IMG/VR virus record: IMGVR_UViG_3300014208_000024 | Location: 128,001-192,000 of that record | Strand: one strand, 5' to 3' | DNA: 64,000 bases | Origin: a virus | Lineage: Duplodnaviria; Caudoviricetes | Shown: positions 1-8,556 of the stretch, piece after piece | Numbering within the stretch: the first letter of the stretch is position 1 | How the letters are laid out: each line of letters begins with the position of its first letter | Notes under the pieces: generated by a model | The model's input: the letters and a program-made list of their open reading frames with translations, nothing else | The model's database searches: none | Told to the model about the DNA's origin: nothing | Translations under genes and position numbers: made by a program

Positions 1-525
1 AAACCAATTGTCTGGAACCCTAATTAATTCAATATTTTCTTCTGAGTTTAAAATTTCATTTTCATATATTTTTGTGCCCAAAATTCCATTTTCATAGTCT
101 TCAAAAGTTCCATTGATAAAATTTTCTGGAGAAGTTTTATATGTTAAATTATCTGCAGCATAAGTCTTTCCATTAAATTGTCCCCCGACAAAAAACACAT
201 TATTTCCACTAAGAAATTCTTTCCCCTTAAACTCTCCATCATTCCATATACCTTGAAAATTGATATTTTTATTTTCGATTGATATTTTGTATGCTTTATA
301 ATTGCCCAATAACATCCACTTATACTCTGGGTTCAGCCACACATCTTCATCATATGGATTTGTATATCCATCTCCATACATTGCCCCAATAAAGTTACCA
401 TTTAATAAATATCCATTTTCAACCTCAATCAAAATTTTATTTTGTTGTTGCTTTTTTTTAAAAATATTATTAAAAATTCCTTCATTGATTTTTTTTTGTT
501 CGTTTAATTTTTCTAATGAATCCAT
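1..525 (-). CDS. Hypothetical protein, truncated at window edge
   Basis: Hand translation from ATG at 525 (MDSLEKLNEQKKINEGIF...) stays open for 175 codons to position 1; G/W/F-rich (GIWNDGEFKG, FVGGQFNG); TATTTATA 10 nt upstream. Absent from ORF track. Confidence 0.8.
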   Translation of the reverse strand, partial: MDSLEKLNEQKKINEGIFNNIFKKKQQQNKILIEVENGYLLNGNFIGAMYGDGYTNPYDEDVWLNPEYKWMLLGNYKAYKISIENKNINFQGIWNDGEFKGKEFLSGNNVFFVGGQFNGKTYAADNLTYKTSPENFINGTFEDYENGILGTKIYENEILNSEENIELIRVPDNWF

Positions 526-602
526 AGTTTTTTATTATAAATATAATATAAAAATTTTGATTTTAAAATATAATTAAGTATATTTATCAAAAATAAGATA
601 TT

Positions 603-761
603 ATGAAAAGAAATAAACCAAAACTATCTATAACCATATCTCCAAAAATTTCAAAAAAATTGGACGATTATAAATACAACAAATCGAAATTAATAGACTC
701 ATTGCTAATAGACTATTTTAAGAAAATGGATAATGGTGCTGTAGAACATGAAAAGTTTTAA
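603..761 (+). CDS. Small ribbon-helix-helix (CopG/Arc-like) protein, 52 aa
   Basis: MKRNKPKLSITISPKISKKLDDYKYNKSKLIDSLLIDYFKKMDNGAVEHEKF: alternating beta strand LSITIS, helix, NKSKLI second helix. Preceded by TTTG(556)-N19-TATATTTA(579). Below ORF-track cutoff. Confidence 0.75.
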   Translation: MKRNKPKLSITISPKISKKLDDYKYNKSKLIDSLLIDYFKKMDNGAVEHEKF

Positions 762-794
762 CAGCTCTTGCACTTTTTTTATTTTTTTTGTTAT

Positions 795-825
795 ATTTAT
801 AACAAACACTTAAAATGTTATAAAT
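795..825. promoter_or_regulatory. Putative operator: perfect 10-bp inverted repeat
   Basis: ATTTATAACA(795-804)-N11-TGTTATAAAT(816-825); overlaps TATATTTA/TATTTATA promoter elements and ends 1 nt before the ATG at 827. Confidence 0.6.
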
Positions 826-826
826 T

Positions 827-1000
827 ATGGCACGCAGAAAAATTGACACATCGGAAAAAAAACAAAATTTATCCATTGTTATTTCTCCATCAACCTTTAG
901 AAAATTAAAAGAATTAGATTTAAATGAATCTAAATTCATTAATTGGTTATTAGAAGAACATTTTTACAAATTAGAAAATGGAGGAATACATCATGCCTAA
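827..1000 (+). CDS. Second small ribbon-helix-helix protein, 57 aa
   Basis: MARRKIDTSEKKQNLSIVISPSTFRKLKELDLNESKFINWLLEEHFYKLENGGIHHA; aligns with the 603..761 product; stop overlaps the next start (ATGCCTAA). Confidence 0.75.
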   Translation: MARRKIDTSEKKQNLSIVISPSTFRKLKELDLNESKFINWLLEEHFYKLENGGIHHA

Positions 1001-2303
1001 AAAATTCACAACAAAGGAGTTTGTTGAAAAGGTCAAAAAAATTCATAGAGATAAATATGATTATTCAAATTCAAAATATGTAGGGATAAAATTTGCAATT
1101 GAAATTTTTTGTAAAAAACATAAAACATTATTCACTCAAAGAGTAGAAGACCATATTAACGGTAAAGTTGGATGTAGAGAGTGTTCAAAAGAAAAATATA
1201 AGAACAAAAGATTGTGTACAACGGAAGATTTTATAAACAAAGCAAATAAAATACACAAAAACAAATTTGATTATTCACTTGTAGAATATGTTGGAAATAA
1301 CAAAAAGGTTGTTATAAAATGTCCTATTCACAAAGAGTTTTGGCAAACTCCAGTCAATCATTTAAAAGGAAAGAGTTGCCCAAAATGTGCTGGAAAAAAT
1401 CAAACATTAGAAGAAATTATCATCCAAGCCAATAAAACACACAATAATAAATATGATTATTCTAAAGTAATTTATAAAAACAAAAGCACTAATGTTAATA
1501 TAATTTGTCCAATACATGGAGATTTTTTTATGACTTTTAAAAACCATATTTTACACAGTCAAAACTGTCCGAAATGTGCAAAGAGAAGTTTAACAGAACA
1601 AGAATTTATAGAAAAGGCAAATAAAATTCATAACAACAAATTTGATTATTCAAAAGTTATATACAAAGGAATAATTAATCCTATAACTATAATTTGTCCC
1701 ATACATGGAAAAATTGAACAATTCCCATATGAACATTTAAGGAATAAGTTTGGATGTGGTTTATGTTCTAAAATGAATATAATTCCTTTAGAAAATTTAA
1801 TTATTCAAGCAAATATAATTCATAATAATAAATACGATTATTCAAAAGTTAATTTAATAACCAAAGGAAGAAAAGTTGTTTTTACTTGTCCTATTCATGG
1901 TGATTTTCAACAATCTTTTGAAAATCATATTGACAGAAAACAAGGCTGCCCCCACTGCAAATCCAGTAAAGGAGAATCTTTAATTCGTGAATTTTTAATA
2001 AAAAACAACATTTTTTTTGAACCTCAGAAGAAATTTAAAGACTGCAAATATAAAAGTCCACTTCCTTTTGATTTCTATTTAACAGAATTAAATATATGTA
2101 TAGAGTATGACGGAGAACAACATTTTGACAAAAACAATTATTTTAATAAAAAAAATGAAATAAATTTTGTTTTAACCCAAATTAAAGATAAAATAAAGAC
2201 TGATTATTGCAAAATGCAAAACATTCCTTTAATTAGAATAAAGTATGACGAAAATGTAGAAGAAGTATTAAAAAACAAATTAAATTCTATTATAAAAATC
2301 TAA
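993..2303 (+). CDS. Zinc-ribbon-repeat protein with C-terminal PD-(D/E)xK (Vsr/DUF559-like) nuclease; putative homing endonuclease
   Basis: Five ~70-aa repeats (HxxK[YF]DYS...CPIHG...CxxC), then PFDFYLTELNICIEYDGEQH. Start placed at ATG 993 (GGAGG upstream, coupled to RHH stop) rather than 978. Confidence 0.75.
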   Translation: MPKKFTTKEFVEKVKKIHRDKYDYSNSKYVGIKFAIEIFCKKHKTLFTQRVEDHINGKVGCRECSKEKYKNKRLCTTEDFINKANKIHKNKFDYSLVEYVGNNKKVVIKCPIHKEFWQTPVNHLKGKSCPKCAGKNQTLEEIIIQANKTHNNKYDYSKVIYKNKSTNVNIICPIHGDFFMTFKNHILHSQNCPKCAKRSLTEQEFIEKANKIHNNKFDYSKVIYKGIINPITIICPIHGKIEQFPYEHLRNKFGCGLCSKMNIIPLENLIIQANIIHNNKYDYSKVNLITKGRKVVFTCPIHGDFQQSFENHIDRKQGCPHCKSSKGESLIREFLIKNNIFFEPQKKFKDCKYKSPLPFDFYLTELNICIEYDGEQHFDKNNYFNKKNEINFVLTQIKDKIKTDYCKMQNIPLIRIKYDENVEEVLKNKLNSIIKI

Positions 2304-3370
2304 AACTTTGCTTTTCCAGACTTAGCTTTATTCATAGCTTTCTTTTCTTGCTCGTTTTGTTTATCCATCTCATCTCTTATTCTTTGGATGTGTTTTTTTC
2401 TTTCATAAACAGCCATATTTATTGCATCTTGTCTATTGATTCCTTTTCCATAATATGTAATTAAAAATATTTCCTCTAAAATATTTTGCTTATATGTTTC
2501 TGGAAGAGAAATAAAATTATATCCCACAAGAACTTTCTGAATAAAGTCTTCTCCGCAGAATGAACATTTAAATTTTACTTTTTCATCTATTCCAACTTCA
2601 TTTTCATTTATAAATTGTGCAATATAGTCTACATATTTTTTTGGAATCTTTCGTATAATTTTTTTTATTTGATCCTTATCTGAAATTCCATTAATTGAAT
2701 CAATGTTATACACCAAAGAAAGAGATTTGTCTTTTCTGATTTTAGTATTTACTCCGTCTTCATTTCTAATAACAAAGTAATCATCTTCAGTTTCATTTTC
2801 AAATTTCTCCATTTCTTTTTCAAAAGTAACAGGAGATATAATAAACTCAGTTTCTATTTCTGGTAAAAAAATAACATATTTGCCCCCTTCGCTTGGTTCA
2901 ACCTTTGGTTTTTTAAATTCTAGTTCTGAAAGCATAAATTCATAATCCGCTTCCTTGCTGCAATGTGGACAAACCAATTTCATCTCAACGTTATTACCAA
3001 AAGCAGTGGATCTTAAAAATATTAGAATTGCTTGAAAATCACTCAACAGTAGTTTTTTAACATCAATGTCATCAATTATCAAGTCTTGTAATATAAGTTC
3101 AATTCCTTTACCAGAAGCCATTAACATTGAATCACATAAAATGTGTTCTTCAACTGCTGTTAAATATCTAATTAAAAGAGATTTTTTCTTATCGGGATAA
3201 TATACCCCCTTAGAAGGAAGGTTGATTATACTAAATTGTCTAGTTAAATCAACCTTCTTGTTGTTGTTTTTTTTAATTTCCTTTTTTAAATCATAAAATC
3301 CCTCTAATAGAATATTTGCATTTTTTTTGAATTCTTCAAAAGCCTGTAAACACTCTTTGTTTTCACACAT
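2300..3370 (-). CDS. Baseplate hub assembly protein, T4 gp26-like, with gp51-like C-terminal segment
   Basis: INLPSKGVYY...IRYLTAVEEHIL...LIFLRSTAFG...CPHC...CSFC; C-terminal LEEIFLITYYGKGINRQDAINMAVYERK. Confidence 0.65.
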   Translation of the reverse strand: MCENKECLQAFEEFKKNANILLEGFYDLKKEIKKNNNKKVDLTRQFSIINLPSKGVYYPDKKKSLLIRYLTAVEEHILCDSMLMASGKGIELILQDLIIDDIDVKKLLLSDFQAILIFLRSTAFGNNVEMKLVCPHCSKEADYEFMLSELEFKKPKVEPSEGGKYVIFLPEIETEFIISPVTFEKEMEKFENETEDDYFVIRNEDGVNTKIRKDKSLSLVYNIDSINGISDKDQIKKIIRKIPKKYVDYIAQFINENEVGIDEKVKFKCSFCGEDFIQKVLVGYNFISLPETYKQNILEEIFLITYYGKGINRQDAINMAVYERKKHIQRIRDEMDKQNEQEKKAMNKAKSGKAKF

Positions 3371-4200
3371 TATAGGTCTGCGTTAGGATAAAACAATCTA
3401 TATGTCATTGGAACATCATCTTCATAACGATGTCCACAATTTATACACTCAAACTCATAGTTAAAATCTACGCCTGGAGATATTAGTTTAACATATTCTC
3501 TAAACACCAGAGAATCTTTCATTGGCATAGCAGATATTAACTTTGATATATATAATTTATCTCTGTTTCCTTCAACTTCCATAATTTGAAGTCTATATCT
3601 TTCAGTTACAGATTTAGAAACTTTAAAGTTCGTATTCCCTTTTTTAGTTGTCTGGGATGCTTTAGAAATTTTATTTTCATCTTTGCCATTTAAAAATCTA
3701 AATTTTATGTTTTTCTTCATAATTGGAAGTAAAAAATCATATTCACCCTTTGCATCAGGCTGATGTTCCAACATTTTAAGTTTTAATTTACTTAAATCAA
3801 TTACTGGTTCATATTGCTCTCCACAACTAGGACATGACATTTTTCCAGGTTTATATTCTTCTCCCATACCTGTTCTTCTTACATGAATAAGAACAGTATT
3901 CCTGTCTCCAACAATCATGTCATCTGGATTTAACTCTTTGTCTACAATAACAATTTGAAGCAGTGCATCAAGAACTCTTCCGCTTTTAATAAGTTCTGGG
4001 GAAAACAAAACATCATCTTCTTCTGCGGTTAAATATTTTATTTTAACTGTTTTTTTGTTGTTTGCGTAAAAAACGCCTCTTGATGGAAGTTCAATTTCTT
4101 CCGTTGGAACCATAAATTCATTATCTATAAATTGCTGAGGAATTTGTTCTTCAGGTTTATTAGATTGTCCGACAATAATTCTTTTTTCTTGATTTTCCAT
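3370..4200 (-). CDS. Baseplate hub assembly protein, T4 gp26-like
   Basis: EIELPSRGVFY...IKYLTAEEDDVL...GDRNTVLIHVR...CPSC...CINC; paralog of the adjacent gene. Confidence 0.7.
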   Translation of the reverse strand: MENQEKRIIVGQSNKPEEQIPQQFIDNEFMVPTEEIELPSRGVFYANNKKTVKIKYLTAEEDDVLFSPELIKSGRVLDALLQIVIVDKELNPDDMIVGDRNTVLIHVRRTGMGEEYKPGKMSCPSCGEQYEPVIDLSKLKLKMLEHQPDAKGEYDFLLPIMKKNIKFRFLNGKDENKISKASQTTKKGNTNFKVSKSVTERYRLQIMEVEGNRDKLYISKLISAMPMKDSLVFREYVKLISPGVDFNYEFECINCGHRYEDDVPMTYRLFYPNADL

Positions 4201-4307
4201 AATTATTAACTTTATATTAGTTTTTAATAATTATACAAAAAAATTAATTTAAAATAAAGTAAATAGAAAAAATTTCCTATTTTCCTAAGTTTTGAAAAAA
4301 TATTTTT

Positions 4308-4820
4308 TTAAACTGTGGGAACAGAAGGTGAATTTGGGGATGCAGAATTCATTTGGTCACCTGTTTTTTGGATAGTTTGTTGCAAATCTTCCATATCAGA
4401 AAGCTTCTTTTCTAAATCTTGGTTTTGTTTTTTCAATTCAATATTTTTCTTAACATTGTCTTGCTGCATCTTTACTATGTTTTTTACTTTAGCATTATTA
4501 ACACTTCTTAAAGTGTTGACTGCACTGGCTGGAGTTAAAGGATCAGCTGGAACAGTAGATTTAACTTCTTGATTAGCTCTTTTTTTATTAAGCTCTAAAT
4601 TTTTCTTTTGAAGCTCCATTTGTTCAATTGTTTCATTATTGGAGTCAATAGTTTGATTTGTTATGTTTTGTAAATCTTCAACATTTTGTACCTGGTCATC
4701 AACTTTTGGTTGTAAAGAATCTAAACTTCCTAATGATGATCCACTTTCTCCAGCCTCAGACAAACTGTAAAACATTTCGTTTAATTGTTTCCTAATATAT
4801 TTTCTTAATAGTTGTTTCAT
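4308..4820 (-). CDS. Coiled-coil protein with capsid-type N-terminal leader
   Basis: MKQLLRKYIRKQLNE leader; Q/N/K/E-rich heptads; TATTTATA immediately upstream. Confidence 0.6.
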   Translation of the reverse strand: MKQLLRKYIRKQLNEMFYSLSEAGESGSSLGSLDSLQPKVDDQVQNVEDLQNITNQTIDSNNETIEQMELQKKNLELNKKRANQEVKSTVPADPLTPASAVNTLRSVNNAKVKNIVKMQQDNVKKNIELKKQNQDLEKKLSDMEDLQQTIQKTGDQMNSASPNSPSVPTV

Positions 4821-4839
4821 ATATATAAATAGTTAAAGT

Positions 4840-5523
4840 TTATTTTGTTAAAAAAAGCGCTTCTGGTGGAATAATATCAAATGAAAAAAAAACATTTTCA
4901 TTTTCGTTGTTTTTTTTGAAAATTTTTAATTGCGGAACAAATACACAATTAATTCCAACAATAATGTTTTCTTCTTTTTTATCTATCTTTTTTAATTCAT
5001 CAAACAATTTTATTTTTTTATTTAACTTTAATCCACTTGTCTTAATAAAATCTAATTTTAATTTATTTATTTCAACAAACAAATATTCTCTATAACTTAA
5101 AATATCATACATTGGTTTTAATATAAAATATATTTTTTTATATTTTTCCCTTTTGCTAATTATATAAAAAATTTCCAAAGAATTATGCTTTTTTTTAATA
5201 TCAAAAATATCAACTGTTTCTATTTCTGATATAAAATAATTATAAGAATTAATTTCTGAAAATATCATACTTGATTCTAAAGTAATTTTTGTAAAGTCTA
5301 ATAAAATTTTATTTTCAGTTAATTTTTCTAATTTTATTCTAAAATCACTATTAAACCATTTTAAACAATTGTTTATACCCAACTCTAATATATTAATTCC
5401 AGATGAAAATTTAAAACAAACATTTAATTCTGTTTTGAAATTTATTTCTCCAGAAAGCCTTTGTTTTATTGTTTTATTATTTATTGACAATTCAGCCTCT
5501 TTCATACTATCAAGTTTTTGCAA
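4840..5523 (-). CDS. Hypothetical protein
   Basis: 227-aa ORF overlapping the upstream gene's end in operon fashion; no motif recognised. Confidence 0.6.
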   Translation of the reverse strand: MQKLDSMKEAELSINNKTIKQRLSGEINFKTELNVCFKFSSGINILELGINNCLKWFNSDFRIKLEKLTENKILLDFTKITLESSMIFSEINSYNYFISEIETVDIFDIKKKHNSLEIFYIISKREKYKKIYFILKPMYDILSYREYLFVEINKLKLDFIKTSGLKLNKKIKLFDELKKIDKKEENIIVGINCVFVPQLKIFKKNNENENVFFSFDIIPPEALFLTK

Positions 5524-6199
5524 TTATTTTTATTGATTTTGGCGGTATGTTATCTAAAGTATAATAACCTTTTAATTTAAAATTAGGGTCATCGTAAAAT
5601 ATAGTTTCAGGAATCAAATTTGTATTAATTTGCAATATTACATATTTAGAATCTTTGTTCTTTTCTACAAATTTGTTAAAAACTATTATTGTGTTTTTTA
5701 AACTTGTTGATAAATAAATTCTTTCTGGATGATAAGTTAATTTAGAATAAGATTTTGGAACTAAACCGATTTTTAATATTTTAATAGCATTTTTTTCTTC
5801 TGTGATGTGATATAAAAATTCAGGTAACACCTTTTCTTCTATATCAAATTTAGCTTCTAATACTAATTCAATTTTATCATATTTTTCTTTATTTTTTAAA
5901 ATACTATATAATGCATTTTTAGAAAACTTTTCATATTTTTCTTTTCCATTTTGCAAAAAATCAATTGCAGAAATAAAATAACCCAAATTATTAATTAGTA
6001 CAAAAAGTTTATCAAATTCTATAAAGTTTAATACATCTACTATTAATCTATTCGAGTCATTATCTTTAATAATCTTTAAGTCATTTCCAAACTGTCTTTC
6101 AATTATATTTTTAGATATATTTATCGGATGAGTTTTTATTAATCCTTCAAATAAAGCGTTTATTTGCTTTCTAATATATCCAACTACCATATCTTTCAT
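5510..6199 (-). CDS. ADP-ribosyltransferase-fold protein (Tpt1/KptA NAD-binding domain-like)
   Basis: LYHITEEKNAIKILKIGLVP...RIYLS...YVILQINT...YYTLDNIPPKSI matches the H-x-T / GL-x-P / YLS / IPP pattern of Tpt1 C-lobe-like ARTs. Confidence 0.65.
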   Translation of the reverse strand: MKDMVVGYIRKQINALFEGLIKTHPINISKNIIERQFGNDLKIIKDNDSNRLIVDVLNFIEFDKLFVLINNLGYFISAIDFLQNGKEKYEKFSKNALYSILKNKEKYDKIELVLEAKFDIEEKVLPEFLYHITEEKNAIKILKIGLVPKSYSKLTYHPERIYLSTSLKNTIIVFNKFVEKNKDSKYVILQINTNLIPETIFYDDPNFKLKGYYTLDNIPPKSIKIIAKT

Positions 6200-6200
6200 T

Positions 6201-6653
6201 TTAAATTTTAAAAAGTTTTTTCATTCTATTTTTTACACCATCATAATCTTTTTTTAACTCACTCTCCCATATTCTTTCGATTTTATATCCCAATCCTTTT
6301 GCTAAAACATTTTTATAACTATCGTTTTTTTCGGCTCTTTTTTGCATTCCATTTTTCTCTTCAAAAATATCTTTGTTCCCATGCCAATAATCACCATCAA
6401 TTTCAAAAAGTATGTTTAAAATAGGTTCATAAAAGTCATAAATTTTTCCCCCTACTATCTTCTGTGGCAATATTTTAATTCCCAATTCTCTCATAAGTTT
6501 TTTAAATTCCCTTTCTGGCCAAGTCATTTTTTTCGACATTTTTAGCGCTTGCTTTTCAATAAACTTCGCTTTTTTTGCCGCATATAAAGGAGCTTTTGCT
6601 TGTTTTTTAATTCCTCTTAATATTCTAGCCACTTTTTTCTTATCACTTGCCAT
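6201..6653 (-). CDS. Vsr/DUF559-like PD-(D/E)xK endonuclease
   Basis: TWPEREF...IYDFY...LFEIDGDYWHG...RIWESE. Confidence 0.75.
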   Translation of the reverse strand: MASDKKKVARILRGIKKQAKAPLYAAKKAKFIEKQALKMSKKMTWPEREFKKLMRELGIKILPQKIVGGKIYDFYEPILNILFEIDGDYWHGNKDIFEEKNGMQKRAEKNDSYKNVLAKGLGYKIERIWESELKKDYDGVKNRMKKLFKI

Positions 6654-6728
6654 TTATACGTTTTTTTATAAATATCTCAAAAAAGCTATTGTTTTACTTT
6701 TTAAAACTTATTTATAGCAAACACCTTT

Positions 6729-7322
6729 ATGAATATGGACTCAAAAACTATTTTAATAATAACAATTTCCATTCTCTTAGTATTTTGTGTTATATATGAA
6801 TATATTAAAGAAAAAAATAAAGAGAAAAGAGAAAGAAAACAAAGGGAAAATCAAAATTTCTTTTTTAAAGAAATAGGAGATCAGCTTGTTGAAAATTCCT
6901 TGGTAAACAAAGAGCTTTTAAGATATTTAAAAATTTCTTCACAAAAATATGCAGAAGAAATTACTGAATCACAAGTAAGAATTGTAATAAAAGCTATTTT
7001 TAACAACTCTCATTTTGAAGTATTTAATTATATTTCAAAAATAATGAAAGAAAACCACATTAAAGGAAATGAAAAAGAAATAACTTCAAAAATAAAACTT
7101 TTTATAAACAACAGATTTCATAAAGATTTTCTATTATTAAAAGAATTTAAATACAAAGAAAAAAGCATTGGAAATTGTGAAACAAACGAGTGGAAAGAAT
7201 ATTTAATTGAAAACATATTAAACAACGTTCTGAAAGAAAAAGGAGAAAAATCACTATCTAGCACACTTCAAAACGCTTATGATAGCTTTAAATACGACAT
7301 GCTTGACAAAACTTTATCTTAA
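6729..7322 (+). CDS. Single-pass membrane protein (possible holin/lysis accessory)
   Basis: N-terminal hydrophobic segment ILIITISILLVFCVIY followed by a K/R/E-rich stretch; TATTTATA at 6709-6716. ORF is solid, function speculative. Confidence 0.5.
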   Translation: MNMDSKTILIITISILLVFCVIYEYIKEKNKEKRERKQRENQNFFFKEIGDQLVENSLVNKELLRYLKISSQKYAEEITESQVRIVIKAIFNNSHFEVFNYISKIMKENHIKGNEKEITSKIKLFINNRFHKDFLLLKEFKYKEKSIGNCETNEWKEYLIENILNNVLKEKGEKSLSSTLQNAYDSFKYDMLDKTLS

Positions 7323-7718
7323 ATTTTTTGCTGCAGATTTCGCCTCTTTGTTAACTTGTTGAATTCTTAAATCCTTTTTTGAAACTTTTTGAAAAACTGC
7401 TCCAGTTTTTTTAACAATTTCATAAAGACTTTTCAGCATTTCGTTTCCTTCAAAATTTCCTTCAAAACAATTTGATAAATAACAATTGTTCGAATATATA
7501 ATAATTAAATGTGGATTAATTATACTTGGGTAATTTTTCTCAATCATACGAAGAGATTCAACTGCAGCAGTAACCTTTATTTTTTCTTCAGTAGTTTCTT
7601 TTTCGGTCCCACTTCCCCTAACCCACACTTCATTGTATTCATCATAAATAGTGTAAGCATACCCACCTTTTCCTGTAGATACCTTGCATGAACCATCTAT
7701 ATAAACGTGAAAATTCAT
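7314..7718 (-). CDS. RNase HI-fold protein, apparently catalytically degenerate
   Basis: VYIDGSC...GGYAY fold start; other acidic ligand positions read K, N, N. Start at 7718 (TAATG overlap with upstream stop). Confidence 0.7.
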   Translation of the reverse strand: MNFHVYIDGSCKVSTGKGGYAYTIYDEYNEVWVRGSGTEKETTEEKIKVTAAVESLRMIEKNYPSIINPHLIIIYSNNCYLSNCFEGNFEGNEMLKSLYEIVKKTGAVFQKVSKKDLRIQQVNKEAKSAAKNLR

Positions 7719-8152
7719 TACATTAAGTATTTTACGACAGATTCCCAATTTGGGAACTTTACACTACCAAAACGAATGTGTTCCCATTCTGGTTGCAACA
7801 ATCCAGTTTGCCCCATATCGTCAATAAGATATTTTCCCCTCAACAATGTTTTGTCGCAGGACAATATTAAATTGTCGCATTCTTTAAATCCCAAATGCTT
7901 TTCTACCCAAACTCTTTTTTCCATATAAGAAAGTGGATTATACACTGAGGGTTTACTTAAAATTAAAACATTATATTTTTGTTTTAATAAATTATAAGAC
8001 TCAATAGCACCATAAATAGGCTCCAGGTTCTCGAAAAACTTAAATTGAGATTGTGGATAAATTATACCAGGCTCTTTTGAAATAGCTATTGCTTGTGCTG
8101 ATGCATAATCAGCCATCGTGTCATCTAAATCTACAAAAATTATATCTTTCAT
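7718..8152 (-). CDS. 5'(3')-deoxyribonucleotidase (NT5C, HAD family)
   Basis: IFVDLDDTMADY, FFENLEPIYGAIE, EKRVWVEKHLG, DKTLLRGKYLIDD. Confidence 0.85.
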   Translation of the reverse strand: MKDIIFVDLDDTMADYASAQAIAISKEPGIIYPQSQFKFFENLEPIYGAIESYNLLKQKYNVLILSKPSVYNPLSYMEKRVWVEKHLGFKECDNLILSCDKTLLRGKYLIDDMGQTGLLQPEWEHIRFGSVKFPNWESVVKYLM

Positions 8153-8556
8153 ATCTTATCAGGTTTAAATTCAAACACCTTTACCATTTTTTTTGAATCT
8201 TTTTCGAAAAAATTTGTAAATTTAGAATCTAACACTCTGTAACTTCTTGCATAACTATCTATTTCCTCTTTACAAAAATATACTATATCAATTATCTCTG
8301 ATGTTTCTGTAAAAATAGATCTAAAAAAACCAAAAACTTCACTAAATTGATATTTTTTTTTACCAGATGAGTATTTATCTAATAAACATCCAGTTTTTTT
8401 TAAACAAAAAGAATTTAGAAGAATCCATAATGTTTTTTTAGAAATTCCTTCTCCCTTATCTCTTTCTGCTTTTATGAAATTTGAATATTCTTCAAATTTG
8501 TTTTTGTGCAATTCTTTTATTTCTTCTATGCTCATAAAACTTTTATAATTTTCCAT
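8149..8556 (-). CDS. Hypothetical protein
   Basis: 135-aa ORF abutting dnaE stop and overlapping the NT5C start. Confidence 0.65.
   Translation of the reverse strand: MENYKSFMSIEEIKELHKNKFEEYSNFIKAERDKGEGISKKTLWILLNSFCLKKTGCLLDKYSSGKKKYQFSEVFGFFRSIFTETSEIIDIVYFCKEEIDSYARSYRVLDSKFTNFFEKDSKKMVKVFEFKPDKI

Noticed and set aside
302-939. Track ORFs 302..577 (+) and 718..939 (-)
   Set aside because: They lie antisense to better-supported genes: the open 1..525 frame and the RHH ORFs.
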